16,334 bases of DNA, taken from a virus (taxonomy: Duplodnaviria > Heunggongvirae > Uroviricota > Caudoviricetes). Under the pieces are notes generated by a model, which had not been told where the DNA came from, searched no databases, and worked only from the letters and a program-made list of their open reading frames with translations. This document shows, in pieces, positions 7,414 through 15,098 of the stretch. Both the position numbers and the translations under genes were made by a program. Positions within the stretch are counted from its first letter, which is position 1. Every line of letters starts with the position of its first letter. The DNA lies in the IMG/VR virus record IMGVR_UViG_2706794682_000018, one strand, 5' to 3'.

Positions 7414-7836
7414 TTAATGAACAATGACAGAATCGTCGGAAGACCCGCCGCCGCTGAAATGCGCTTTCCGGTAAACGGCTTGGACTGCATCATCATGCGC
7501 ATCAATTGCCGTACTTAACGCTTCCTGCGCCGCCAGTAATGCACGGCGTTCCAGGGTATCGAAGATGCAGAGTCGGTGACGCAGCTCGCGCGGAAGGATT
7601 GCCAGAATTGCTGGGATCAGCTTCTGAATTTTTTCTCTTTGCGTTTTCGTTTCACCTTTCAACCAACGGTGATAGATATTCTGCTGATTATTCCAGTCCT
7701 TGCCTGGTACCAGGGGCAATTCGCCGCCCCCCTGGCGCAGATATTCTTCAGTAATGGCATTGGCTACCCATGCCTGCCCTTTTTCGGCTGCCAGGGCTAA
7801 CAACACTGACTCGATGTGCTCATGCTTGATTTTCAT
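7414..7836 (-). CDS. ydaT: Rac prophage YdaT-like protein (toxic when derepressed in K-12)
   Basis: 140 aa, ATG at 7836-7834 overlapping the ydaS stop (ATGA). Position and length as recalled for YdaT. Confidence 0.8.
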   Translation of the reverse strand: MKIKHEHIESVLLALAAEKGQAWVANAITEEYLRQGGGELPLVPGKDWNNQQNIYHRWLKGETKTQREKIQKLIPAILAILPRELRHRLCIFDTLERRALLAAQEALSTAIDAHDDAVQAVYRKAHFSGGGSSDDSVIVH

Positions 7837-8087
7837 GAATCAACTCCCATCAGCTTTTTCGTAGTAGTTTTATTTCTGCCAATAGTTAAAATTACATCAG
7901 CAGAAAATAATCCGTTTGATGCATGAGCGATTTTTTCAGCGTAATTTGTTTCGCCGGTATATTCTGTGCGAGGCAATTTTCCGTTATCCATCCATTTGTA
8001 GATTGCTCTTTGGCTGACACCACAAACGTCGGCCACAACAGAAACGCGAACAGTTTTGATTACATCTTCAAGTGTTTTCTGGTTCAT
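7833..8087 (-). CDS. ydaS: Cro-like helix-turn-helix regulator
   Basis: ATG at 8087-8085 with GAGGG upstream gives 84 aa (MNQKTLEDVIK...). The track ORF extends to a TTG at 8159 but that would run through the operator repeats. HTH segment VADVCGVSQRAIYKWMDNGKLP. Confidence 0.75.
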   Translation of the reverse strand: MNQKTLEDVIKTVRVSVVADVCGVSQRAIYKWMDNGKLPRTEYTGETNYAEKIAHASNGLFSADVILTIGRNKTTTKKLMGVDS

Positions 8088-8148
8088 ATCACCCTCACAA
8101 TGTGAACTTTGAGTACATGCTATAACAGAACTGACAGTACATTCAAGA
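8088..8148. promoter_or_regulatory. Divergent promoter/operator region between ydaS (cro-like) and racR (repressor)
   Basis: Two direct 15-bp repeats, GAACTTTGAGTACAT (8104-8118) and GAACTGACAGTACAT (8128-8142), spaced 24 bp apart. Candidate minus-strand promoter TTGAAT-N16-TATAGC overlaps them. Confidence 0.5.
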
Positions 8149-8586
8149 GTGAATATCATTGAACTTATGGTTCATGAAGATAAAGCGCGTAAAGAGTTCG
8201 CCAGTAGGCTTGCGCTAGCCTGTGAAAACGCTGGTTATGAACAACATGGAAGGCAGGCAGAAATTGCCCGTCGAATGAAATTAACACCAAAAGCGGTTAG
8301 CAAATGGTTTAATGGCGAAACAATTCCTCGCCGAGAGAAATTAAGGGAATTAGCAACACTCATTGGAACAACACCAACCTATCTTTTGGGAGAGGATACA
8401 GAAGAAAGTGGACAGGTACGTTTCTATCAGGAGTTAAATCCAAGACAAAAAATCATCATTGACCTTCTGGACGAGCTCCCTGACAGTGAGACAGATGAAC
8501 TTTTAAAAACTCTTGAGGAGAAAAAACAGAAGTACAATGCAATTTACGAAGAGCTAGCACGAAAGAAAAAACAAAAAGCCTCTTAA
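8149..8586 (+). CDS. racR: Prophage repressor, XRE-family helix-turn-helix (cI analogue)
   Basis: HTH GRQAEIARRMKLTPKAVSKWFNGE; divergent from the cro-like gene. Start uncertain: GTG 8149 or ATG 8167, neither with a clear ribosome-binding site (possibly leaderless, like lambda cI). Confidence 0.8.
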   Translation: MNIIELMVHEDKARKEFASRLALACENAGYEQHGRQAEIARRMKLTPKAVSKWFNGETIPRREKLRELATLIGTTPTYLLGEDTEESGQVRFYQELNPRQKIIIDLLDELPDSETDELLKTLEEKKQKYNAIYEELARKKKQKAS

Positions 8587-8654
8587 ACCAGCATAAATCC
8601 GGTAGCGTCCCCCTCCGGGTTTGTGCTTCACTTTATCCCATCTCATTTTTTTAC

Positions 8655-8715
8655 ACACAAAATGTACTTATAGTACTTTACATCAATGAACACAAAGTAC
8701 ATTATATACCTACCA
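8655..8715 (+). promoter_or_regulatory. Candidate left-operator/promoter region downstream of racR
   Basis: Third copy of the motif, GAACACAAAGTACAT (8688-8702), plus a palindrome GTACTTATAGTAC (8664-8676), in an AT-rich stretch with TTTACA and TATATA hexamers upstream of ydaG. Confidence 0.4.
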
Positions 8716-8876
8716 ACCCACCCCGCCCCACAGAACGCAGGGCAATACTTCGAGTTACCAGGCAGTGGTCAGGGGTTAAGTAGCCAGCCCGAGGCGTATG
8801 AACATGACGGCAGGGTTCAGATTTTGCAGTGCAGCAGGTTTCAGTTCCGCCACCCGGCGTTAAGGGGAGAGATAAG

Positions 8877-9011
8877 ATGGTGCATTACGAAGTAGTTCAG
8901 TATTTGATGGATTGTTGCGGTATCACTTACAACCAGGCTGTGCAGGCTTTACGCAGCAACGACTGGGATCTCTGGCAGGCAGAAGTCGCTATACACAGCA
9001 ACAAGATGTGA
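8877..9011 (+). CDS. ydaG: Small Rac prophage protein YdaG-like, 44 aa
   Basis: ATG at 8877 preceded by AGGGGAGA. MVHYEVVQYLMDCCGITYNQAVQALRSNDWDLWQAEVAIHSNKM. Length and position match recalled YdaG. Confidence 0.6.
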   Translation: MVHYEVVQYLMDCCGITYNQAVQALRSNDWDLWQAEVAIHSNKM

Positions 9012-9021
9012 GATTCGCAAA

Positions 9022-9177
9022 ATGCAAAAAATCGACCTCGGCAACAACGAATCCCTGGTGTGCGGCGTGTTCCCCAACCAGGATGGAACGTTCACTGCCA
9101 TGACGTATACCAAAAGCAAAACATTTAAAACCGAAACTGGTGCGCGCCGATGGTTGGAGAAGCACACAGTAAGCTAA
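9022..9177 (+). CDS. ydaF: Small Rac prophage protein YdaF-like, 51 aa (below the ORF-track length cut-off)
   Basis: Translated by hand: MQKIDLGNNESLVCGVFPNQDGTFTAMTYTKSKTFKTETGARRWLEKHTVS. Convergent with sieB, stops overlapping. Confidence 0.55.
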   Translation: MQKIDLGNNESLVCGVFPNQDGTFTAMTYTKSKTFKTETGARRWLEKHTVS

Positions 9178-9662
9178 CGATTAAAACGTCTACTCCTGCT
9201 GTTCCAGAATAACTTCATAAAATGGGAGTATTTTTCGGTGACGAGATAATAAGAACAGTTTGCGCTATCACTCTGATGTTGAATGATGCCCTTCCGTTCT
9301 AATTTTTTCATAACCGGGTTACGGCAAGGAGAAGTGATAATAAGATTTCCTGTTTTAAGGAAATCTTTAAATACAGCGATTTCTTTCTCAGATAAACGAA
9401 GCAATACTCGTTGCTCTGGTAGTAATGAATAATGCTTTTGAATATGTGCTCGCAATCTTGAGAAGGAAATGGCGACCACGAAAGAAAAGGCAAAAACGAT
9501 AATCTGAAAGAGCCAAGGTATTTCAGTATAAGCATTGAATGCGACAGTAAACTCTTTCGGTATCAGCCAGAGAGTGAGACCAAAAATGATAATCGTATAC
9601 ATAAGTATTTCGAGTGGCTCGTTAGCAAAAAGTTTCAACAATGGAGTAAATACATCCAACAT
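9174..9662 (-). CDS. sieB: Superinfection exclusion protein B
   Basis: 162 aa from ATG 9662-9660 (MLDVFTPLLKLF...), with hydrophobic membrane segments. The track ORF extends upstream to 9785. Position between ydaF and kilR as in Rac. Confidence 0.8.
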   Translation of the reverse strand: MLDVFTPLLKLFANEPLEILMYTIIIFGLTLWLIPKEFTVAFNAYTEIPWLFQIIVFAFSFVVAISFSRLRAHIQKHYSLLPEQRVLLRLSEKEIAVFKDFLKTGNLIITSPCRNPVMKKLERKGIIQHQSDSANCSYYLVTEKYSHFMKLFWNSRSRRFNR

Positions 9663-10103
9663 ATCAATAACTCTCAACTGTAAGGGTATTGAAATGTTAA
9701 CACAAGCTCTCGCTGTAGGGGTATAGCCGAGACCACCGAAGCCCGGAGGTGGTGAAATAAAACCGGGCACAACACGAAGGCGCATTTCCGATATCCATAA
9801 AGAGTCGGTCTTGTCTGTTAAATTTAAATGGTGGGAGTGCGCCTCCGGTTGTAAATAACGACATTGCTGTGTGTAGTCCTGGCGGCATCAGTTTTTTTCT
9901 TGAAGTTCGGCTGATGTCCGCCCTTTTTAAAGTGAATTTTGTGATGCGGTGAATGCGGCTAAGCGCACGTGGCACAGTTAAAAGTCATGTTAGTCCTTAT
10001 TGGTTTGGGTGGGAAAGCCGACTGTAATTGTTAACTGGTTGCAGTCACCTGGAGGCACCAGGCACCGCATCAACAAAGTTCATTTGTAAAAATGGAGATA
10101 ATT

Positions 10104-10153
10104 ATGATTGCACATCACTTCGGAACTGATGAAATACCACGTCAGTGTGTGAC
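10104..10153 (+). CDS. kilR: KilR-like (FtsZ inhibitor) N-terminal fragment; remainder in N run
   Basis: ATG at 10104 with GGAGA 5 nt upstream; MIAHHFGTDEIPRQCV. Position between sieB and racC. A 73-aa product would end at 10325, inside the N run. Confidence 0.45.
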
Positions 10154-10403
10154 NNNNNNNNNNNNNNNNNNNNNNNNNNNNNNNNNNNNNNNNNNNNNNN
10201 NNNNNNNNNNNNNNNNNNNNNNNNNNNNNNNNNNNNNNNNNNNNNNNNNNNNNNNNNNNNNNNNNNNNNNNNNNNNNNNNNNNNNNNNNNNNNNNNNNNN
10301 NNNNNNNNNNNNNNNNNNNNNNNNNNNNNNNNNNNNNNNNNNNNNNNNNNNNNNNNNNNNNNNNNNNNNNNNNNNNNNNNNNNNNNNNNNNNNNNNNNNN
10401 NNN

Positions 10404-10501
10404 TCACTTCATGCACGGGATTTTATCAAAAGACGAACCGAGAAAATATTGCAGTGAAGCTTGTGCCGAAAAAGACCAGATGGCACATGAACTTTAATTA
10501 A
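10404..10501 (+). CDS. C-terminal fragment of a small ORF (possibly YdaE-like); start lies in the N run
   Basis: Open frame from the N run to TAA 10499-10501 (...TSCTGFYQKTNRENIAVKLVPKKTRWHMNFN). A 56-aa gene ending here would start at 10331, six bases after the predicted kilR end. Confidence 0.3.
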
Positions 10502-10571
10502 TTGACTATTCGAAACTGAATTTATGCCAGAAATGGCAGGTATTCGCTCAACCTTAATTAAGGAGAAAAAC

Positions 10572-10847
10572 ATGATTACCAATTATGAAGCCACTGTTGT
10601 AACTACCGATGACATTGTTCACGAGGTGAATCTGGAAGGAAAGCGCATTGGCTACGTAATTAAAACAGAAAATAAAGAAACCCCATTCACTGTGGTTGAT
10701 ATCGATGGTCCATCAGGCAACGTAAAAACACTTGATGAAGGTGTCAAAAAAATGTGCCTGGTGCATATCGGAAAGAATCTGCCCGCAGAAAAAAAAGCCG
10801 AATTTCTGGCAACTCTAATTGCAATGAAATTAAAAGGTGAAATCTGA
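10572..10847 (+). CDS. racC: RacC-like protein, 91 aa
   Basis: ATG at 10572 with AAGGAG upstream (MITNYEATVVTTDD...). Directly upstream of recE. Confidence 0.8.
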   Translation: MITNYEATVVTTDDIVHEVNLEGKRIGYVIKTENKETPFTVVDIDGPSGNVKTLDEGVKKMCLVHIGKNLPAEKKAEFLATLIAMKLKGEI

Positions 10848-10948
10848 AAGAAATAGCCTGCGTATGGCGCAGGCTATGAACAGTGTGTATCCGGCAAGAT
10901 CATTCACTGAACAAAACGAATTTTAATCTGAGTTGAGGTTAAAAAACA

Positions 10949-13549
10949 ATGAGCACAAAACCACTCTTCCTGTTACGGAAAGCGAAAAAATCATCCGGTG
11001 AACCTGACGTCGTCCTGTGGGCAAGCAACGATTTTGAATCGACCTGTGCCACTCTGGACTACCTGATCGTTAAGTCAGGTAAAAAACTGAGCAGCTATTT
11101 TAAAGCTGTTGCCACGAATTTTCCTGTCGTTAATGACCTGCCCGCTGAAGGTGAGATCGATTTTACCTGGAGTGAACGCTATCAACTCAGCAAAGACTCC
11201 ATGACATGGGAACTAAAACCGGGAGCAGCACCAGACAACGCTCACTATCAAGGCAATACCAACGTCAACGGCGAAGACATGACTGAGATTGAGGAGAATA
11301 TGCTACTCCCAATTTCTGGCCAGGAACTGCCCATTCGTTGGCTTGCTCAACACGGCAGCGAAAAACCGGTAACGCACGTTTCACGCGACGGACTCCAGGC
11401 ATTACACATTGCTCGGGCTGAAGAACTACCGGCTGTTACTGCCCTGGCTGTTTCCCACAAAACCAGCCTGCTCGACCCGCTGGAAATTCGCGAACTCCAC
11501 AAACTGGTTCGTGACACTGACAAAGTTTTCCCTAATCCTGGTAATTCAAACCTGGGACTGATAACTGCTTTTTTCGAAGCATACCTGAACGCTGACTACA
11601 CCGATCGAGGACTGCTGACAAAAGAGTGGATGAAGGGTAATCGTGTTTCACACATCACTCGCACGGCTTCCGGTGCTAATGCTGGCGGCGGAAACCTCAC
11701 CGATCGCGGCGAAGGTTTCGTACACGATCTGACGTCACTGGCGCGGGACGTAGCCACTGGCGTACTGGCCCGTTCAATGGATCTGGACATCTATAACCTT
11801 CATCCGGCACACGCTAAACGCATTGAGGAAATTATCGCTGAAAATAAACCGCCCTTTTCTGTTTTCCGCGACAAATTCATCACCATGCCTGGCGGGCTGG
11901 ATTATTCCCGCGCCATCGTGGTTGCGTCCGTAAAAGAAGCACCAATTGGGATCGAGGTCATCCCCGCGCACGTCACTGAATATCTGAACAAAGTACTGAC
12001 TGAAACCGATCATGCCAACCCTGATCCGGAAATCGTGGATATTGCCTGCGGTCGCTCCTCTGCCCCGATGCCGCAGCGAGTAACAGAAGAAGGAAAACAG
12101 GATGATGAAGAAAAACCGCAACCATCTGGAACAACGGCAGTTGAACAGGGAGAGGCTGAAACAATGGAACCGGACGCAACTGAACATCATCAGGACACGC
12201 AGCCGCTGGATGCTCAGTCACAGGTAAATTCTGTTGATGCGAAATATCAGGAACTGCGGGCAGAACTCCATGAAGCCCGGAAAAACATTCCATCAAAAAA
12301 TCCTGTCGATGCCGATAAATTGCTTGCTGCATCACGTGGTGAATTTGTTGACGGAATTAGCGACCCGAACGATCCGAAATGGGTAAAGGGGATCCAGACT
12401 CGCGATTGTGTGTACCAGAACCAGCCAGAAACGGAAAAAACCAGCCCGGATATGAATCAACCTGAGCCAGTAGTGCAACAGGAACCGGAAATAGCCTGCA
12501 ATGCCTGCGGCCAGACTGGCGGGGATAACTGCCCTGACTGTGGTGCGGTGATGGGCGACGCAACATACCAGGAAACATTCGATGAAGAGAGTCAGGTTGA
12601 AGCTAAGGAAAATGATCCGGAGGAAATGGAAGGCGCTGAACATCCGCACAATGAGAATGCTGGCAGCGATCCGCATCGCGATTGCAGTGATGAAACTGGC
12701 GAAGTCGCAGATCCCGTAATCGTAGAAGACATAGAGCCAGGTATTTATTACGGAATTTCGAATGAGAATTACCACGCGGGTCCCGGTGTCAGTAAGTCTC
12801 AGCTCGATGACATTGCTGATACTCCGGCACTGTATTTGTGGCGTAAAAATGCCCCCGTGGACACCACAAAGACAAAAACGCTCGATTTAGGAACCGCTTT
12901 CCACTGCCGGGTACTTGAGCCGGAAGAATTCAGTAACCGCTTTATCGTAGCACCTGAATTTAACCGCCGGACAAACTCCGGAAAAGAAGAAGAGAAAGCG
13001 TTTCTGAGGGAATGCGCAAGCACAGGAAAAACGGTTATCACTGCCGAAGAAGGCCGGAAAATTGAACTCATGTATCAGAGCGTTATGGCTTTGCCGCTGG
13101 GGCAATGGCTTGTTGAAAGCGCCGGACACGCTGAATCATCAATTTACTGGGAAGATCCTGAAACAGCAATTTTGTGTCGGTGCCGTCCGGACAAAATTAT
13201 CCCTGAATTTCACTGGATCATGGACGTGAAAACTACGGCGGATATTCAACGATTCAAAACCGCTTATTACGACTACCGCTATCACGTTCAGGATGCATTC
13301 TACAGTGACGGTTATGAAGCACAGTTTGGAGTGCAGCCAACTTTCGTTTTTCTGGTTGCCAGCACAACTATTGAATGCGGACGTTATCCGGTTGAAATTT
13401 TCATGATGGGCGAAGAAGCAAAACTGGCAGGTCAGCTGGAATATCACCGCAATCTGCGAACCCTGGCTGACTGCCTCAATACCGATGAATGGCCAGCTAT
13501 TAAGACGTTATCACTGCCCCGCTGGGCTAAGGAATATGCAAATGACTAA
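10949..13549 (+). CDS. recE: Exodeoxyribonuclease VIII (RecE), 866 aa
   Basis: 866-codon ORF with an acidic, low-complexity middle region and a C-terminal nuclease domain. Its stop overlaps the recT start (ATGACTAA). Confidence 0.95.
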   Translation: MSTKPLFLLRKAKKSSGEPDVVLWASNDFESTCATLDYLIVKSGKKLSSYFKAVATNFPVVNDLPAEGEIDFTWSERYQLSKDSMTWELKPGAAPDNAHYQGNTNVNGEDMTEIEENMLLPISGQELPIRWLAQHGSEKPVTHVSRDGLQALHIARAEELPAVTALAVSHKTSLLDPLEIRELHKLVRDTDKVFPNPGNSNLGLITAFFEAYLNADYTDRGLLTKEWMKGNRVSHITRTASGANAGGGNLTDRGEGFVHDLTSLARDVATGVLARSMDLDIYNLHPAHAKRIEEIIAENKPPFSVFRDKFITMPGGLDYSRAIVVASVKEAPIGIEVIPAHVTEYLNKVLTETDHANPDPEIVDIACGRSSAPMPQRVTEEGKQDDEEKPQPSGTTAVEQGEAETMEPDATEHHQDTQPLDAQSQVNSVDAKYQELRAELHEARKNIPSKNPVDADKLLAASRGEFVDGISDPNDPKWVKGIQTRDCVYQNQPETEKTSPDMNQPEPVVQQEPEIACNACGQTGGDNCPDCGAVMGDATYQETFDEESQVEAKENDPEEMEGAEHPHNENAGSDPHRDCSDETGEVADPVIVEDIEPGIYYGISNENYHAGPGVSKSQLDDIADTPALYLWRKNAPVDTTKTKTLDLGTAFHCRVLEPEEFSNRFIVAPEFNRRTNSGKEEEKAFLRECASTGKTVITAEEGRKIELMYQSVMALPLGQWLVESAGHAESSIYWEDPETAILCRCRPDKIIPEFHWIMDVKTTADIQRFKTAYYDYRYHVQDAFYSDGYEAQFGVQPTFVFLVASTTIECGRYPVEIFMMGEEAKLAGQLEYHRNLRTLADCLNTDEWPAIKTLSLPRWAKEYAND

Positions 13550-14351
13550 GCAACCACCAATCGCAAAAGCCGATCTGCAAAAAACTCAGGGAAACCGTGC
13601 ACCAGCAGCAATTAAAAATAACGACGTGATTAGTTTTATTAACCAGCCATCAATGAAAGAGCAACTGGCAGCAGCTCTTCCACGCCATATGACGGCTGAA
13701 CGTATGATCCGTATCGCCACCACAGAAATTCGTAAAGTTCCGGCGTTAGGAAACTGTGACACTATGAGTTTTGTCAGTGCAATCGTACAGTGTTCACAGC
13801 TCGGACTTGAGCCCGGTAGCGCCCTCGGTCATGCATATTTACTGCCTTTTGGTAATAAAAACGAAAAGAGCGGTAAAAAAAACGTTCAGCTAATCATTGG
13901 CTATCGCGGCATGATTGATCTGGCTCGCCGTTCAGGTCAAATCGCCAGCCTGTCAGCCCGTGTTGTCCGTGAAGGTGACGAGTTTAATTTCGAATTTGGC
14001 CTTGATGAAAAGTTAATACACCGCCCAGGAGAAAACGAAGATGCCCCTGTTACCCACGTCTATGCTGTCGCAAGACTGAAAGACGGAGGTACTCAGTTTG
14101 AAGTTATGACGCGCAAACAGATTGAGCTGGTGCGCAGCCAGAGTAAAGCTGGTAATAACGGGCCGTGGGTAACTCACTGGGAAGAAATGGCAAAGAAAAC
14201 GGCTATTCGTCGCCTGTTCAAATATCTGCCCGTATCAATTGAGATCCAGCGTGCAGTATCAATGGATGAAAAGGAACCACTGACAATCGATCCTGCAGAT
14301 TCCTCTGTATTAACCGGGGAATACAGTGTAATCGATAATTCAGAGGAATAA
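13542..14351 (+). CDS. recT: Single-strand annealing recombinase RecT, 269 aa
   Basis: ATG at 13542 ([16 protein letters not shown]...), overlapping the recE stop. Sequence recognised as RecT. Confidence 0.95.
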   Translation: MTKQPPIAKADLQKTQGNRAPAAIKNNDVISFINQPSMKEQLAAALPRHMTAERMIRIATTEIRKVPALGNCDTMSFVSAIVQCSQLGLEPGSALGHAYLLPFGNKNEKSGKKNVQLIIGYRGMIDLARRSGQIASLSARVVREGDEFNFEFGLDEKLIHRPGENEDAPVTHVYAVARLKDGGTQFEVMTRKQIELVRSQSKAGNNGPWVTHWEEMAKKTAIRRLFKYLPVSIEIQRAVSMDEKEPLTIDPADSSVLTGEYSVIDNSEE

Positions 14352-14406
14352 TTCAGCCTGGCGGTGTAATGCACCGCCAACTTGAAATATTTTTATGAGA
14401 AAAATT

Positions 14407-14556
14407 ATGAGATATGACAATGTTAAACCATGTCCATTTTGTGGTTGTCCATCAGTAACGGTGAAAGCCATTTCAGGATATTACCGAGCGAAGTGTAACG
14501 GATGCGAATCCCGAACCGGTTATGGTGGAAGTGAAAAAGAAGCACTCGAACGATGA
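14407..14556 (+). CDS. ralR: RalR/Lar-family type I toxin (restriction alleviation, DNase), truncated allele of 49 aa
   Basis: MRYDNVKPCPFCGCPSVTVKAISGYYRAKCNGCESRTGYGGSEKEALER then TGA at 14554-14556. Fourteen in-frame sense codons (NKRTTGNNNGGVHV) follow to TAA 14599-14601, matching the tail of the 64-aa K-12 protein as I recall it. Confidence 0.7.
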   Translation: MRYDNVKPCPFCGCPSVTVKAISGYYRAKCNGCESRTGYGGSEKEALER

Positions 14557-14593
14557 AATAAACGAACCACTGGAAATAATAATGGAGGTGTTC

Positions 14594-14782
14594 ATGTATA
14601 AAATTACCGCCACTATTGAAAAGGAAGGTGGCACTCCTACTAACTGGACAAGATATTCAAAATCTAAACTAACGAAATCAGAATGCGAAAAAATGCTCTC
14701 AGGTAAAAAAGAAGCAGGCGTTTCCAGAGAGCAGAAAGTAAAACTGATAAATTTTAATTGCGAGAAACTTCAGTCCTCGTGA
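14594..14782 (+). CDS. ydaC: YdaC-like small protein, 62 aa
   Basis: ATG at 14594 preceded by GGAGGTG (MYKITATIEKEGG...). Upstream in-frame ATGs at 14582 and 14522 are alternatives. Confidence 0.65.
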   Translation: MYKITATIEKEGGTPTNWTRYSKSKLTKSECEKMLSGKKEAGVSREQKVKLINFNCEKLQSS

Positions 14783-14881
14783 ATTGCATTGTATTCAAAT
14801 TAAAACTTCATAGCTGATTATTAATAATCAACATCGGGCGTCAATTTAAGTCTAACATTGGCGCCTGCCAGAGGTGATGCG

Positions 14882-15097
14882 ATGGCACAAGTAATCTTTA
14901 ATGAAGAGTGGATGGTTGAATACGGCCTGATGCTTCGCACTGGTCTGGGGGCCAGACAAATTGAAGCATACCGCCAGAACTGTTGGGTGGAAGGCTTCCA
15001 CTTCAAACGAGTATCTCCTTTAGGGAAGCCAGACAGTAAGCGAGGGATTATCTGGTATAACTATCCAAAGATAAATCAGTTTATCAAAGACTCATGA
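14882..15097 (+). CDS. xisR: Excisionase-like protein, 71 aa
   Basis: ATG at 14882 with GAGGTGA upstream ([15 protein letters not shown]...). Immediately precedes the integrase with a 1-bp gap. Confidence 0.7.
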   Translation: MAQVIFNEEWMVEYGLMLRTGLGARQIEAYRQNCWVEGFHFKRVSPLGKPDSKRGIIWYNYPKINQFIKDS

Positions 15098-15098
15098 T

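Noticed and set aside
9697-9975. 92-aa minus-strand ORF in the sieB-kilR intergenic region
   Set aside because: Lies in the divergent promoter region, has no ribosome-binding site and a low-complexity sequence; more likely non-coding regulatory DNA.
11596-13447. Several minus-strand ORFs of 64-147 aa inside recE (11596-11790, 11774-12190, 11973-12335, 12332-12775, 12799-13071, 12887-13129, 13139-13447)
   Set aside because: All lie antisense within the well-supported 866-codon recE frame and have no ribosome-binding sites or recognisable domains; typical shadow ORFs.
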